This document shows, piece by piece, positions 39,113 to 41,058 of a stretch of 41,058 bases of DNA. Under the pieces are notes generated by a model. It saw only the letters and a program-made list of their open reading frames with translations, ran no database searches and was not told the DNA's origin. Each line of letters opens with the position of its first letter. The stretch's first letter is position 1. The position numbers and the translations under genes were made by a program. Source of the stretch: a virus; the IMG/VR virus record IMGVR_UViG_3300045988_101518, positions 1 to 41,058 of that record, one strand, 5' to 3'.

Positions 39113-40494
39113 AAGATACACCCCGCTTTCCGATAACTTGTACAACGCCGTTTCCACTGGTTTTCACAAAATCCAATCTCATCCACATAGTCATAACAAA
39201 CCGGCTGTCCCTTGCCTTCAAAAGTCCTGGCTATACGGCCGATGCTCTGTGTCACCACCGCATAATCCTTTTTCGGTGTTGTAAGATATAAGCGGTCAAG
39301 CCTCGGGATGTCCAGCCCCTCTTTTGCCAGGCTGAAGGAAGCGAACAGATACCGTATCCTGCCCGAACGCATATCCTCTATGGCCTGGATCCTTTTGGCC
39401 TTTGCCAACTTGCTTGTCATCTTACCGTCGATCATGGCAGTCAGTCCCCAGAGTTCTGCTGGAAGCATGGCGCGCAGCTGCTGCAGGTGCTGCAGTCGGT
39501 CAGACAATATCAGGTTGTGATGCCCCCGGTTTGCCACCAGGTCTCCTACGATCATCTGGTTCCTTTCCAGACTTTCGGTCAAGTAAGGGATCAGTTTACT
39601 GTATACCAGTGTTCCATCCGTATCCAAACACACACGGTTGATCTTGATCTTTGTATCTCTGCGAAGAATCTGTACCTGCATGGTTTTTTCGGCCACTGCC
39701 TCATCCGGTACCTGGTACCGTACCTCCCCAAGAACAGCAAATGTGCTTTTTATCAGCCCATCAGCACGGTGTACCGTGGCACTCAGGCCATATTTATATC
39801 TTGATGCCAGACTGCTGATTACCCGGTAAAACATCTTCGCGCTTGCCGGCGTGCCGGACACTCTATGGCACTCATCCACAATCACCACGTCCCAAGTGTA
39901 TTTATATTTCAACAGGTCCAGCTTACTGAGTGTTTGCACCGTTGCAAAAGTCATGTGGCTACCAATATGTACTTTCCCTGCGGTTATCTTGCCCAGGATG
40001 CTGTCCGGAAAGTATTGCCTTGCCCGGTCATAGGATTGATTCAAAAGGTCTGCTGTATGTGTTACCCACAGAGTTTTACGCTGCAGTTTCGCAGCAAGGG
40101 CTATCCCCATCTGGGTTTTTCCGCTCCCGCAGGGACTCTGTAGGATACCGCACCCAGCTATCTCCATTGCTTCCACAGCCTCCTTCTGATAGTCATATAA
40201 AGGGACTTCTGCGCCAGGGTATAGGATTGACCCATTATCCGCCAAATCCTGTTCAATGATGGTGTCTGCGCCCCGGTACGGCCTTACCAGCTTCCCCGCG
40301 CCACACGGGATCACCAGGCTTGATCCATCCACGTGATAGAAATATAGCTGCTGGTCTGTTTTCCCTGTCCAAAGCCCCATACGCCGCTTTTTAACGTATT
40401 CCGGATTCGGCATGGTCAATTCCTGCCTTACCCTCTCTACAAGCTCTTTTGGCGGTCCCTGGATGCGTATTTCATTACTGATAGTTACCCTCAT
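39109..40494 (-). CDS. SF2 DEAD/DEAH-box (DECH) helicase
   Basis: Motif I SPCGSGKTQMG, motif II VIVDECHR, motif III LSAT, C-terminal motif VI TQSIGRIAR. Confidence 0.85.
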   Translation of the reverse strand: MRVTISNEIRIQGPPKELVERVRQELTMPNPEYVKKRRMGLWTGKTDQQLYFYHVDGSSLVIPCGAGKLVRPYRGADTIIEQDLADNGSILYPGAEVPLYDYQKEAVEAMEIAGCGILQSPCGSGKTQMGIALAAKLQRKTLWVTHTADLLNQSYDRARQYFPDSILGKITAGKVHIGSHMTFATVQTLSKLDLLKYKYTWDVVIVDECHRVSGTPASAKMFYRVISSLASRYKYGLSATVHRADGLIKSTFAVLGEVRYQVPDEAVAEKTMQVQILRRDTKIKINRVCLDTDGTLVYSKLIPYLTESLERNQMIVGDLVANRGHHNLILSDRLQHLQQLRAMLPAELWGLTAMIDGKMTSKLAKAKRIQAIEDMRSGRIRYLFASFSLAKEGLDIPRLDRLYLTTPKKDYAVVTQSIGRIARTFEGKGQPVCYDYVDEIGFCENQWKRRCTSYRKAGCIL

Positions 40495-40900
40495 ACTGTC
40501 CTATCCTTTCCAACCATGCGCTAAACAATGCACCGTAATACTTTGCATGATCCTGGTCTATCTGACGTATTCCATTTATCTCCGCTTCTTCCAGATCACT
40601 GAGTAACATGAGGAATATCTCACCATCCGGATACCTTACTGCGAATATTCCCTCCGCATTCCCACAATCGTTCCAAAGCTTCATAGCGTTTCGTTGATTG
40701 TCTTCTATCCTGCGCAGATAAAAATTGCTGCTCTGACAGTCTTTGCAGTCAAAAACCAATGTTTCCCCGTCCCTGGCCGCTATCACATCAAATGGCTGCC
40801 CGTTATGGTTGTCCTGCAGCCGGTGTACCCAGAATCCATACTCTGACAGCTTCTGCGCAAATTCTTTTTCAAAGTCTGTACCATTGCTTTTATTGCTCAT
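40475..40900 (-). CDS. Holliday-junction resolvase-like PD-(D/E)XK nuclease (RecU/Hjc type)
   Basis: GTDFEKEFAQKLSEYGFWVHRL...GQPFDVIAARDGETLVFDCKDC. ATG 40900 lies 5 nt after AGGAGG. Confidence 0.65.
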   Translation of the reverse strand: MSNKSNGTDFEKEFAQKLSEYGFWVHRLQDNHNGQPFDVIAARDGETLVFDCKDCQSSNFYLRRIEDNQRNAMKLWNDCGNAEGIFAVRYPDGEIFLMLLSDLEEAEINGIRQIDQDHAKYYGALFSAWLERIGQYEGNYQ

Positions 40901-40939
40901 TTTTACCTCCTGTTTCACGAAGTCTAACCTTTTTCCTTA

Positions 40940-41058
40940 ATTGTCTACCCTTGTCTTCCCCTGATTAAGGGCTTCAAACCCTTGATTTTACTGGGGGTCT
41001 AACCGTCTGACCAAAAATCACCGCTTATAGGTGCACATTTTTAGTAAGAAAAAAAAAT
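40940..41058. repeat. Second copy of the terminal direct repeat (equals 1-119)
   Basis: Identical 119-nt string at both ends of the window. Confidence 0.9.

Overview
This window is a complete temperate siphovirus-like phage or excised prophage genome, probably from a Firmicutes host. The host guess is an inference from the ImmR/ImmA-type switch, the CW_binding_1-type endolysin repeats, the Hol-Tox-like peptide and strong GGAGG ribosome-binding sites; Clostridia/Lachnospiraceae-like is the best fit. Bases 1-119 are repeated exactly at 40940-41058, so the unique circular length is 40939 bp.

Nearly all genes run on the minus strand, in this order:
- Early region: cro-like HTH at 8592, then small early accessory genes.
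- Recombination and replication: Xis-like HTH, Gp157-like, Sak4-like ATPase, DUF669/SSB-like, CHC2 primase Zn finger, SF3 helicase.
- Iteron origin, which spans the circular junction.
- RecU/Hjc-like resolvase and SF2 helicase, then small genes and a sigma-r4-like late regulator.
- Packaging, head and tail: terS, terL, portal, gp7-like minor capsid protein with a C-terminal ADP-ribosyltransferase domain, scaffold, major capsid, connectors, major tail, chaperones, tape measure, Dit-like, Tal-like, tail lysin.
- Four collagen-repeat tail-fibre proteins plus one BppU-like protein that shares their C-terminal motif, then holin, a DUF4406-like insert and a CHAP endolysin.

The plus strand carries the lysogeny module:
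- cI-like HTH and ImmA/IrrE metallopeptidase.
- A membrane Zn-ribbon/Mrr-nuclease protein.
- A type I toxin-antitoxin candidate.
- A tyrosine integrase and an attP containing the 3' half of a tRNA-Lys(UUU).
- Several promoter-equipped opposite-strand morons.

Most interesting non-standard signals:
- The Hol-Tox-like peptide with a convergent antisense sRNA.
- The Mrr-type membrane nuclease inside the immunity operon.
- A 55-bp junction repeat that brackets an early accessory cassette.
- An orphan promoter-terminator sRNA next to attP.
- A Q/tR'-like promoter-plus-terminator leader in front of terS.
- A lysis-cassette insertion flanked by 25-bp repeats.
- A 14-nt perfect anti-16S element that serves no ORF.

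No CRISPR array, rRNA, complete tRNA, transposase or reverse transcriptase was seen. All family assignments come from motif recognition by eye. No database search was run.
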